From Coprobacillaceae bacterium (lineage in GTDB: Bacteria > Bacillota_I > Bacilli_A > Erysipelotrichales > Coprobacillaceae): 32,000 nt of DNA. Under the pieces are notes generated by a model. That model had not been told where the DNA came from and made no database searches. It saw nothing but the letters and a program-made list of their open reading frames with translations. Both the position numbers and the translations under genes were made by a program. The stretch's first letter is position 1; each line of letters starts with the position of its first letter. Shown here in pieces: positions 23,782-32,000 of this stretch. Location: contig OY780959.1 in the NCBI GenBank assembly GCA_963675915.1, positions 1,740,001 to 1,772,000 on the forward strand, written 5' to 3'.

Positions 23782-24702
23782 TGTCAAGAACAGTCCCACT
23801 ATCAGCGGGATAGTGAAAATTGAAAATAGTGTTGTAATAAAAACCGTCTTGGCCGCCAGACCGACATCATGATCATACTGAGTCGCAAACAACACGGCAC
23901 TGTTTCCAACCGGCATCGCCAAATTGACCAGGGTAATTCCCTGAACCAGGGGATCCTTGATGAAATAAGCAATCACCGGATAAGCGATAATCGGCAAAAG
24001 AATTTGTTTGGCAAAAGTGAACGGGTAGACCATAAAGTCATTGAAGACTTCCTTAACATTGATTATCGCCAGATTGGCCCCAATCAGAATCATCGCCAAT
24101 GGTGCAGTCATGTCACCAACCATATCCGCGGTTTCCACCAGCAAGGACGGCATCTGAACATTGGTAAAGAAGATTATGATCGACACAATCGCCGCCACCA
24201 CTCCTGGTGAAAGCAAATTTTTAAAATCGATACTAGCTTTTTCGCCTTTGTCATGATTAATCAGCACCACTCCCAGGGTGTATACCTCCAGGTTGAACAG
24301 CAAATTGAATATTGCTGTGTAGAAAACGGCAGTATTACCAAATATCGATTGCATGACCGGAAATCCAATGAAACCGACATTTGAAAATATTGTCATAAAT
24401 ATGAATAGCCCTTCACGTGGCTTTTTGATTCGCAAGCCCTTGATTAGAATCACCGATACTATCGGCAAAGTCACATAAAAGATAATTGAAACTACGAAAA
24501 CATAAAGCACGACATCCATCGAAGCGTTGTTGTCGCCACAAACCGATGCAAAAATCAAAGCTGGAGTAGTGATGTATAATACAATCCTGTTTAATTTTCT
24601 TACCGTCTCATCATTCAAAAACTTTTTCTTCATCATGAAATAACCTAAACCTATTATCAAGAAAAGTTTAAGCATGACATTGATCACTACCATTAAATCC
24701 AT
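23779..24702 (-). CDS. AEC (auxin efflux carrier / malate permease-like) family transporter
   Basis: 307 aa, about 10 hydrophobic segments. The N-terminus LKLFLIIGLGYFMMKKKFL...LNRIVLYITTPALIF is typical of the AEC/Mem_trans family. GGAGGGAC RBS 10 bp after the GH1 stop. Confidence 0.8.
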   Translation of the reverse strand: MDLMVVINVMLKLFLIIGLGYFMMKKKFLNDETVRKLNRIVLYITTPALIFASVCGDNNASMDVVLYVFVVSIIFYVTLPIVSVILIKGLRIKKPREGLFIFMTIFSNVGFIGFPVMQSIFGNTAVFYTAIFNLLFNLEVYTLGVVLINHDKGEKASIDFKNLLSPGVVAAIVSIIIFFTNVQMPSLLVETADMVGDMTAPLAMILIGANLAIINVKEVFNDFMVYPFTFAKQILLPIIAYPVIAYFIKDPLVQGITLVNLAMPVGNSAVLFATQYDHDVGLAAKTVFITTLFSIFTIPLIVGLFLT

Positions 24703-24712
24703 TTAGTCCCTC

Positions 24713-26293
<1,581 letters not shown>

Positions 26294-26367
26294 TTATCAT
26301 GGCACCAAACAGTCAATATATGAATTGTATCAAACCTTAGTCTCTCGATGCTTTTTTTTAATAATCT

Positions 26368-26391
26368 GAAAAAGCCCCGAGGGACTTTTTC
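26368..26391 (-). terminator. Probable terminator after adenine deaminase
   Basis: The minus-strand RNA GAAAAAGUCCCUCGGGGCUUUUUC has a GC stem (one G-U pair) with a 4-nt loop and a U5 tail. It pairs better on the minus strand than on the plus strand. Confidence 0.5.
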
Positions 26392-26431
26392 TAAAACATT
26401 TAACCTGACCGCAGGATCTATTTCCTTTTCT

Positions 26432-28147
26432 CTAGCTGATAAACTCATATTCATTCACATCGAACAATCCTTTTGGGGTGATTCGAATTTCCGGAATCAC
26501 CGGCAAAGCCATAAATGATAATTTGACCACTGGTTCATCTTCAGTTATGTTCAAAACATCTTTGCAGACATCATGAATTTCTTTAAACTTGTTCATAACA
26601 GTGACCGGATCCTGATCGGACATCAATCCGGCAATCGGCAAATCAAGAGACGCCAACACTTTTTGATCACAAACCACAGCAATTCCCCCACCACTGGAAA
26701 TAAGATATTCAATCGCAACCGCCATATCTTCATCACTATGCCCGACTGCGATCAGATTGTGGGAATCATGAGCGATGGTCAAAGCAATTGCCCCCCGCTT
26801 GATATCCAAACCTTTGATCAGACCCAGACCAATTTCACCACTGCCCTGATGGCGCTCAACTACCGCTATTTTGCTGATCCTATCATCGCTGTACTGGAAA
26901 AATCCCGAAGAATCCAATTGGACATCAACTTCCACTTTTCTGGTGAGAATCGAATCCGGAATTGTCTCAATGGCATATTGATGGGATGAATCGAGTTTCA
27001 AGCGCAACCGGTCCTTGGTAAAACCTCTCACATTCATCGTTCCGGAAACCTTGGTATGATCGGTATTATCAATAGCTATCAGACATTTTCCGGAGTCAGC
27101 TACCGGTTTGCCATCCACAAAAACCTTACTTACTTTAAAATCAGTAAGATTATCGAAGAAAACCAGATCGGCTTTCTTTCCCGGGGCAATAGCGCCACGG
27201 TCTTCAAAACCATAGCAAGTGGCAATGTTGATCGTTGCCATCTGGATAGCCGTATAAGGATCGACTCCGTTGGCCACGCATATTCGCAGACAATCATCCA
27301 TATGCCCTTTTTCCAATACCGTTTGGGGTTCTTTATCATCACTGCAAAGCAGGCAGTATCTGGAATTGGCTTCGGTCACCCCGGGAAGCAGATTGACCAA
27401 ATCCTTGGCGGCAGAACCGTTACGCAATTGGACATACATCCCCCGGGATATTCGTTCGTTCATCTCCTTAGGGGTTGTGCATTCATGATCGGTACCTACT
27501 CCCATCGCGACATAACCATCGAGCAGTTGTCCCGATATGCCCGGAGCATGACCATCGATGAACAAATCATTATCATGGGCGAAGATAATCTTGTCCAGGA
27601 CATCATCCCGACCCGATATCAATCCGGGATAGTCCATCATTTCCCCCAATCCTATTACATCAGGATTGCCTAAATAAGAAGCCATGTCCTTGGCCGTGAA
27701 CGGTTCCACTGACGTTTCAATGCTGCAGGCCGGCACACATGAAGGAAGCATGTATTTGATACTGATGGGACTTTTGCGCCCCGCCTCAATCATATAGTCC
27801 ATCCCGGCACAACCGCAGACATTGACAATTTCATGAGGGTCGGCGATGATGGTAGTCGTCCCTTTAGCCACCAGCATTTTTGAGGCCTCTTCAACACTCA
27901 GATATGTCGACTCGAGATGAATATGACTGTCCATCAGCCCGGGTGCGATATAACATCCCTTGGCATCTATTTCCTGGATTCCCTCATAATCGCCGATTCC
28001 AACTATTTTGCCATTATGAACAGCAAGATTCCCTTCAAGCGTTCTTTTTTGATAAACGTCGACAATCCGGCCGTTTTTTATGACAAGATCCGCCTTCTTG
28101 TTTTTTTGGGAAACTTCCAGAAAATCCCTGATTCTACTTTTATCCAT
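26432..28147 (-). CDS. ade: Adenine deaminase
   Basis: 571 aa. DLVIKNGRIVDV...GLMDSHIHLESTYL (amidohydrolase metal-binding HxH), DGHAPG and GTDHE. The length and motif order match AdeC. GAGGTGA RBS. Confidence 0.88.
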   Translation of the reverse strand: MDKSRIRDFLEVSQKNKKADLVIKNGRIVDVYQKRTLEGNLAVHNGKIVGIGDYEGIQEIDAKGCYIAPGLMDSHIHLESTYLSVEEASKMLVAKGTTTIIADPHEIVNVCGCAGMDYMIEAGRKSPISIKYMLPSCVPACSIETSVEPFTAKDMASYLGNPDVIGLGEMMDYPGLISGRDDVLDKIIFAHDNDLFIDGHAPGISGQLLDGYVAMGVGTDHECTTPKEMNERISRGMYVQLRNGSAAKDLVNLLPGVTEANSRYCLLCSDDKEPQTVLEKGHMDDCLRICVANGVDPYTAIQMATINIATCYGFEDRGAIAPGKKADLVFFDNLTDFKVSKVFVDGKPVADSGKCLIAIDNTDHTKVSGTMNVRGFTKDRLRLKLDSSHQYAIETIPDSILTRKVEVDVQLDSSGFFQYSDDRISKIAVVERHQGSGEIGLGLIKGLDIKRGAIALTIAHDSHNLIAVGHSDEDMAVAIEYLISSGGGIAVVCDQKVLASLDLPIAGLMSDQDPVTVMNKFKEIHDVCKDVLNITEDEPVVKLSFMALPVIPEIRITPKGLFDVNEYEFIS

Positions 28148-28286
28148 ATTATTTCACCTCATCATCTTTATTATTACTGTCCCAGCTTGAATGATAATCG
28201 CCAGTCATTATATTATTGTTCCTACTTTTATTTTACCACATTCCCGGGCAAATCAAAGCCGCAACAAGTTCCCAGTTTGATAATAC

Positions 28287-28316
28287 AAAAAAAAGACTCC
28301 GGGCAAGACCGGAGTC
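28287..28316 (-). terminator. Rho-independent terminator after the transketolase genes
   Basis: The minus strand reads GACTCCGG-tcttgc-CCGGAGTC followed by T8. Confidence 0.85.
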
Positions 28317-28343
28317 ATGATAATATCATCGCAAAACTGATTA

Positions 28344-29282
28344 TTATAATTTGCTTTTGATTTGGTTGTAGATACCTTGAGGGTCAAGTTCGTATTTGCA
28401 TAACATATCTGCAGCAGGTCCTGATTCACCAAAGCAATCGTACACCCCGATTTTAGTCACTTTAGTTGGATATTCTTCACTCAAAGCCGCAGCTACTTGT
28501 GATCCCAATCCATTGATAACTGAATGTTCTTCAACAGTGAACACACGGTTTGTTTTCTTGGCTGATTCGATAATGATATCTTTATCCAAAGGTTTGATTG
28601 TATGGATATTGATCACTTCGACACTGATTCCGTCAGCTTCCAGCATGGCTGCGGCTTCCAAAGAGTTTCCTACTGCGATTCCAGTAGCCACAATTGTGAT
28701 ATCATTACCTTCTTTAAGTTTGACACCTTTACCGATTTCGAATTTATATCCTTCGAAATCATTGATGATAGCAACCGGAGCACGTCCGAATCGCAGATAC
28801 ATCGGTCCATAAGTCTCATACGCAGCACGAGTCGCAGCACGAGCTTCGATATCATCAGAAGGAACAATTACAGTCATTCCCGGGATTGTGCTCATCAAAG
28901 CCAAGTCTTCATTACATTGATGAGTCGCACCGTCTTCACCGACTGTGATTCCGGCATGCGTAGCCCCGATTTTAACATTAAGATGAGGATATCCGACTGA
29001 GTTACGAACTTGCTCGAAAGCACGTCCAGCAGCAAACATCGCAAATGTCGAACAGAAAGGTACTTTACCACAGGTACTCATCCCAGCCCCGATACCAATC
29101 AAGTTAGCTTCCGCAATCCCGACATCAATAAAACGGTCAGGGAATTCAGCTTTGAACATCGCAGTTTTGGTAGCTGCTGCCAAATCGGCATCAAGAACCA
29201 CTAAATCTTCATGCTCTTTACCAAGTTCAATTAATGTTTCACCATAACTAATTCTGGTTGCTATTTTTTTTACTGTTGACAT
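28344..29282 (-). CDS. tkt: Transketolase, C-terminal (pyrimidine-binding plus C-terminal domain) subunit
   Basis: 312 aa. ISYGETLIELG, DADLAAATKT, GIAEANLIGIGAG and HAGITVGEDGATHQ are split-transketolase B-subunit motifs. The ATG overlaps the end of the upstream subunit gene by 13 nt. Confidence 0.9.
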   Translation of the reverse strand: MSTVKKIATRISYGETLIELGKEHEDLVVLDADLAAATKTAMFKAEFPDRFIDVGIAEANLIGIGAGMSTCGKVPFCSTFAMFAAGRAFEQVRNSVGYPHLNVKIGATHAGITVGEDGATHQCNEDLALMSTIPGMTVIVPSDDIEARAATRAAYETYGPMYLRFGRAPVAIINDFEGYKFEIGKGVKLKEGNDITIVATGIAVGNSLEAAAMLEADGISVEVINIHTIKPLDKDIIIESAKKTNRVFTVEEHSVINGLGSQVAAALSEEYPTKVTKIGVYDCFGESGPAADMLCKYELDPQGIYNQIKSKL

Positions 29283-30106
29283 AATGATTCCTCAACTTTC
29301 TTCAAATCTTGCATTGCTTGTTCAAATTGTTCATCATTTGGTGCACTACCGTGCCAAGCAGCGTTGTTTTCCATGAAAGAAACACCTTTACCTTTAATTG
29401 TTGTGGCAATAATCGCTGTCGGTTTCCCTTTGAACTCACGAGCTGCTTTGAATGCTGCTTCCAATTCATCGAAATCATGACCGTCGACTGTAATCACATT
29501 AAAGTTGAAGGCTTCAAACTTTTTATCGATAGGATAAGGTGAATTAACTTCTTCGATAGTTCCGTCAATTTGAAGGTTGTTGTTATCAATGATAACAACC
29601 AAGTTATCCAAATTGTTAGAACCTGCGAACATTGAAGCTTCCCAAATCTGTCCTTCTTGGATTTCTCCATCACCGCAAAGGGCATAGACACGATTGCTTT
29701 TACCGTCCATTTGGAATGCTTTTGCCATTCCTACTGCAGTAGACAATCCTTGTCCCAATGATCCTGATGACATGTCGATTCCAGGAATGTATTGCATCGC
29801 CGGATGTCCTTGTAATTTAGAACCGATTTTTCTAAAAGTCGGCAAGTCTTCAACTGCAAAATATCCACGATGAGCCAAAGTCGCATAATAACCAGGTGTT
29901 ATATGTCCTTTTGACAATACAAAACGATCTCTGCTTTCCATTTTTGGATTTTCAGGGTCAATGTTCAATTCTTGGAAATATAAGTAAGCTAAGATATCAG
30001 CTGCCGATAACGATCCTCCCGGGTGTCCGGATGATGCCGCATGAACAGCAGTAACCGCACCTATACGAATCTTATTAGCTACTTTTTGTAATTCTAACTT
30101 ATCCAT
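29270..30106 (-). CDS. tkt: Transketolase, N-terminal (thiamine-diphosphate-binding) subunit
   Basis: SSGHPGGSLSAADIL, LSKGH and GDGEIQEGQIWEA (GDG-x-E-G ThDP motif). The start was moved to ATG 30106 after GAGGAG. The track start at 30205 adds 33 residues not found in this family. Confidence 0.9.
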   Translation of the reverse strand: MDKLELQKVANKIRIGAVTAVHAASSGHPGGSLSAADILAYLYFQELNIDPENPKMESRDRFVLSKGHITPGYYATLAHRGYFAVEDLPTFRKIGSKLQGHPAMQYIPGIDMSSGSLGQGLSTAVGMAKAFQMDGKSNRVYALCGDGEIQEGQIWEASMFAGSNNLDNLVVIIDNNNLQIDGTIEEVNSPYPIDKKFEAFNFNVITVDGHDFDELEAAFKAAREFKGKPTAIIATTIKGKGVSFMENNAAWHGSAPNDEQFEQAMQDLKKVEESLCQQ

Positions 30107-30223
30107 TTCAGTCTCCTCTATATTTTTACCGTAATTTAGATCAGTGCCACTCGAAAACAGCCATTGAGCTGATATATCCATCCCTTTTTCCAAGGGGGCC
30201 TCCAAGGGCGCTAAGCATGTAAT

Positions 30224-30252
30224 ATATTAACATAAACCGGCTTGACATTCAA
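30224..30252 (-). promoter_or_regulatory. Sigma-A-like promoter for the transketolase operon (TTGAAT-17 bp-TAATAT on the minus strand)
   Basis: -35 at 30252-30247 and -10 at 30229-30224 with an exact 17-nt spacer. This predicts a ~110-nt leader. Confidence 0.5.
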
Positions 30253-30412
30253 ACAACTTAAACAACTATTTTCAAATTTTTGAAAAAATTAAAATCTTGC
30301 GAATAAATCAGGATAAATTATTAGAAAAATCACCCTGTTGACACTAAATTGGCGGGCTGAAAAGTTGCAATCAACTCGGTTTTGTGCAGTTAATATCCGC
30401 CCATGTCCGATG

Positions 30413-30450
30413 ATAAAAAAATAAGGAAGTGATACTATATTATCACTTCC
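30413..30450 (-). terminator. Rho-independent terminator after the NUDIX gene (stem overlaps the last codons)
   Basis: The minus strand reads GGAAGTGATA-atatag-TATCACTTCC (10-bp stem) followed by TTATTTTTTT. The TAG stop lies in the loop. Confidence 0.8.
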
Positions 30451-30890
30451 AGCAATTCATCCTTCGAGTAGATGAATTTATAGTCAATCGGCTCTTTCAA
30501 GTCACCCTTGATGATCGGTTCAAGAAAATAACGGTCACCGGCCCAGAGATTCAAATCCAGGACTTTATCCTTGTCGACCCAGACCAGATCCCCCTCATCA
30601 CACTCATGCATGGTTCCTGAGAATTCCTTGACCAGATAAATGAAAATAAGTTCCGTCTCACAGATATCATTCACAAAGGTAATCATACCCTGATATTTAA
30701 GATCGAGGGCATCGAGGTTGGTTTCCTCCTTGATTTCCCGGATGCATCCATCACGAGGGGCTTCATCAGGTTTCAGTTTGCCACCGACTCCGACATACTT
30801 TCCCTCATTGATGTCATTTTCCTTTTTGTTGCGATAAAGCATCAGATATTGGCCGTCTTGCTCCAGATAAGCCAAAGTAGTTAATATCAT
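30435..30890 (-). CDS. NUDIX hydrolase (MutT/8-oxo-dGTP diphosphatase-like)
   Basis: Nudix box GGKLKPDEAPRDGCIREIKEETNL (Gx5Ex7REUxEExGU). 151 aa. AGGAGA RBS. Confidence 0.85.
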   Translation of the reverse strand: MILTTLAYLEQDGQYLMLYRNKKENDINEGKYVGVGGKLKPDEAPRDGCIREIKEETNLDALDLKYQGMITFVNDICETELIFIYLVKEFSGTMHECDEGDLVWVDKDKVLDLNLWAGDRYFLEPIIKGDLKEPIDYKFIYSKDELLEVII

Positions 30891-30921
30891 AATTTCTCCT
30901 ATTATCCTGATTATTGAAATT

Positions 30922-30960
30922 TAAAAAAACAAACCCATAAAGTCGCCCTTATAGGTTTGT
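30922..30960 (-). terminator. Rho-independent terminator after carboxynorspermidine decarboxylase
   Basis: The minus strand has ACAAACC...GGTTTGT (7 bp, extended by 4 more A-T pairs) followed by TTTTTTT. Confidence 0.75.
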
Positions 30961-30966
30961 TACAGG

Positions 30967-32000
30967 TTAAGATAAGCGGTTTTTGAAATCCTCATAGCCA
31001 AATTCTTTGACCAGTTCGAATTCATCACCATCCTGCAGATAGATCGATGGCAGGTTCATCCCGTTGAAGGTATTGTTTTTCACCATCGTATAGATTGCCA
31101 TATCCTCAAAAACAACTGTATCTCCTACATGCAAAGGTTCATCAAAACTGTAATCGCCGATGATATCCCCGGCCAGACAGGTAGGTCCGCCAAAACGATA
31201 GGTATAAGCCCCCTCAGGATTTTCACCGACAACTCTTGGCCGGTACGGCATTTCGATAACATCCGGCATATGGCACGCCGCCGATGTATCCAGGATTGCA
31301 TTGACGATTCCATGATTGTCATTGAAATCAAGAATAGTTGAATAAAGATCTCCTGCATCAAGCGCAACAGCTTCACCAGGTTCGAGAATCACTTGAACGT
31401 CATACTTTTCTTTGATTTCCCTGATCAGCCTGATTAACAGTTCAAGATCGTAATCATCCTTGGTAATATGATGACCGCCCCCGAAATTGATCCATTTCAA
31501 GTCCGGCAGATATTGGCCGAACTTTTCTTCGAATGCCCGTAAGGTCTTTTCAAGATCTTCGCTTCCCTGTTCACATAAAGTATGGAAATGGAACCCATCG
31601 ATTCCTGAAAGGTCCTTACCTTCGATACTCTCAGCCAAAAGCCCTAGCCGCGATCCAATCGCACACGGGTCATAGATTCCATGATCCTGAGTCGAACACT
31701 CAGGATTGACTCTAAGACCAACCGAAATTTCCGGTGTCAGCATATCTTTGTATCTTTCATATTGACCATAAGAATTGAACACAATATCATTTGAGTATTT
31801 CACAATATCGGCAAACTCATTGGGATAGAAGGCCGGTGAGAAAGTATGGACTTCCTTGTCCATTTCCTCACGCCCCAGCCGGGCTTCATTGATTCCCGAA
31901 GCACAAACTCCGTCGAGATACTCGCCAATCAGCGGGTAAACCCGAAACATCGAGAAACATTTCGATGCCAGCAGGATTTTGCACCCGGTCGCATCTTTGA
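30967..32000 (-). CDS. nspC: Carboxynorspermidine/carboxyspermidine decarboxylase, 5' end beyond the window
   Basis: GINEARLG, GFHFHTLCEQ, INFGGGHHIT, ILEPGEA and GGPTCLAGD match the NspC (alanine-racemase-fold decarboxylase) pattern. The reading frame stays open upstream of the track's Met (…KDATGCKILLASKCFSMFRVYP…) to nt 32000. Confidence 0.85.
   Translation of the reverse strand, partial: KDATGCKILLASKCFSMFRVYPLIGEYLDGVCASGINEARLGREEMDKEVHTFSPAFYPNEFADIVKYSNDIVFNSYGQYERYKDMLTPEISVGLRVNPECSTQDHGIYDPCAIGSRLGLLAESIEGKDLSGIDGFHFHTLCEQGSEDLEKTLRAFEEKFGQYLPDLKWINFGGGHHITKDDYDLELLIRLIREIKEKYDVQVILEPGEAVALDAGDLYSTILDFNDNHGIVNAILDTSAACHMPDVIEMPYRPRVVGENPEGAYTYRFGGPTCLAGDIIGDYSFDEPLHVGDTVVFEDMAIYTMVKNNTFNGMNLPSIYLQDGDEFELVKEFGYEDFKNRLS

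Noticed and set aside
28148-28290. Expected a purine (adenine/guanine) riboswitch in the leader of adenine deaminase.
   Set aside because: Reading the minus strand, I found none of the conserved junction sequences (UAUAAU..., ...AGUUUCUACC..., ...CCGACUAUG). Only a short leader of about 80 nt is predicted.

Overview
This is a chromosomal segment from a low-GC Gram-positive bacterium (Bacillota-like: GGAGG-type ribosome-binding sites (RBS), a lipobox lipoprotein signal, split transketolase). It is densely coding. I saw no rRNA, tRNA, CRISPR array, transposase or integrase.

**Layout**
- **1-10.7 kb, minus strand:** a surface-polysaccharide locus, in transcription order rfbA, rfbC, wzx, ugd, rfbB, rfbD, a GT4 glycosyltransferase, a DUF616-type transferase, UDP-glucuronate 4-epimerase, manC. 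The manC 3' end runs off the window.
- **11.0-16.3 kb, plus strand:** an AraC-family regulator followed by three tandem paralogues of a two-domain alpha/beta-hydrolase. The first has no signal peptide. The other two are lipoproteins, each preceded by a cre-like operator.
- **16.3-22.1 kb, the least explainable part:**
  - A 417-bp convergent spacer holds a perfect 21-bp palindrome, a sigma-A-like promoter, a 15-codon hydrophobic small ORF (sORF) and an intrinsic terminator.
  - Next is an AT-rich operon of three translationally coupled, mutually paralogous XRE-HTH proteins with large C-terminal domains I cannot assign.
  - Last is a divergently transcribed 560-aa all-TPR protein with no DNA-binding or enzymatic motif.
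  - I read this as a candidate split peptide-sensing regulatory module resembling the RRNPP (Rap/Rgg/NprR/PlcR/PrgX) quorum-sensing family. This is inference only.
- **22.2-32.0 kb, minus strand:** housekeeping genes. These are an M29 aminopeptidase, a small DUF6440-like protein, a GH1 6-phospho-beta-glucosidase plus an AEC transporter, adenine deaminase, split transketolase, a NUDIX hydrolase, and carboxynorspermidine decarboxylase (5' end off the window).

Several ORF-track starts are over-extended. I re-set them to the start codon preceded by a proper Shine-Dalgarno (SD) sequence.
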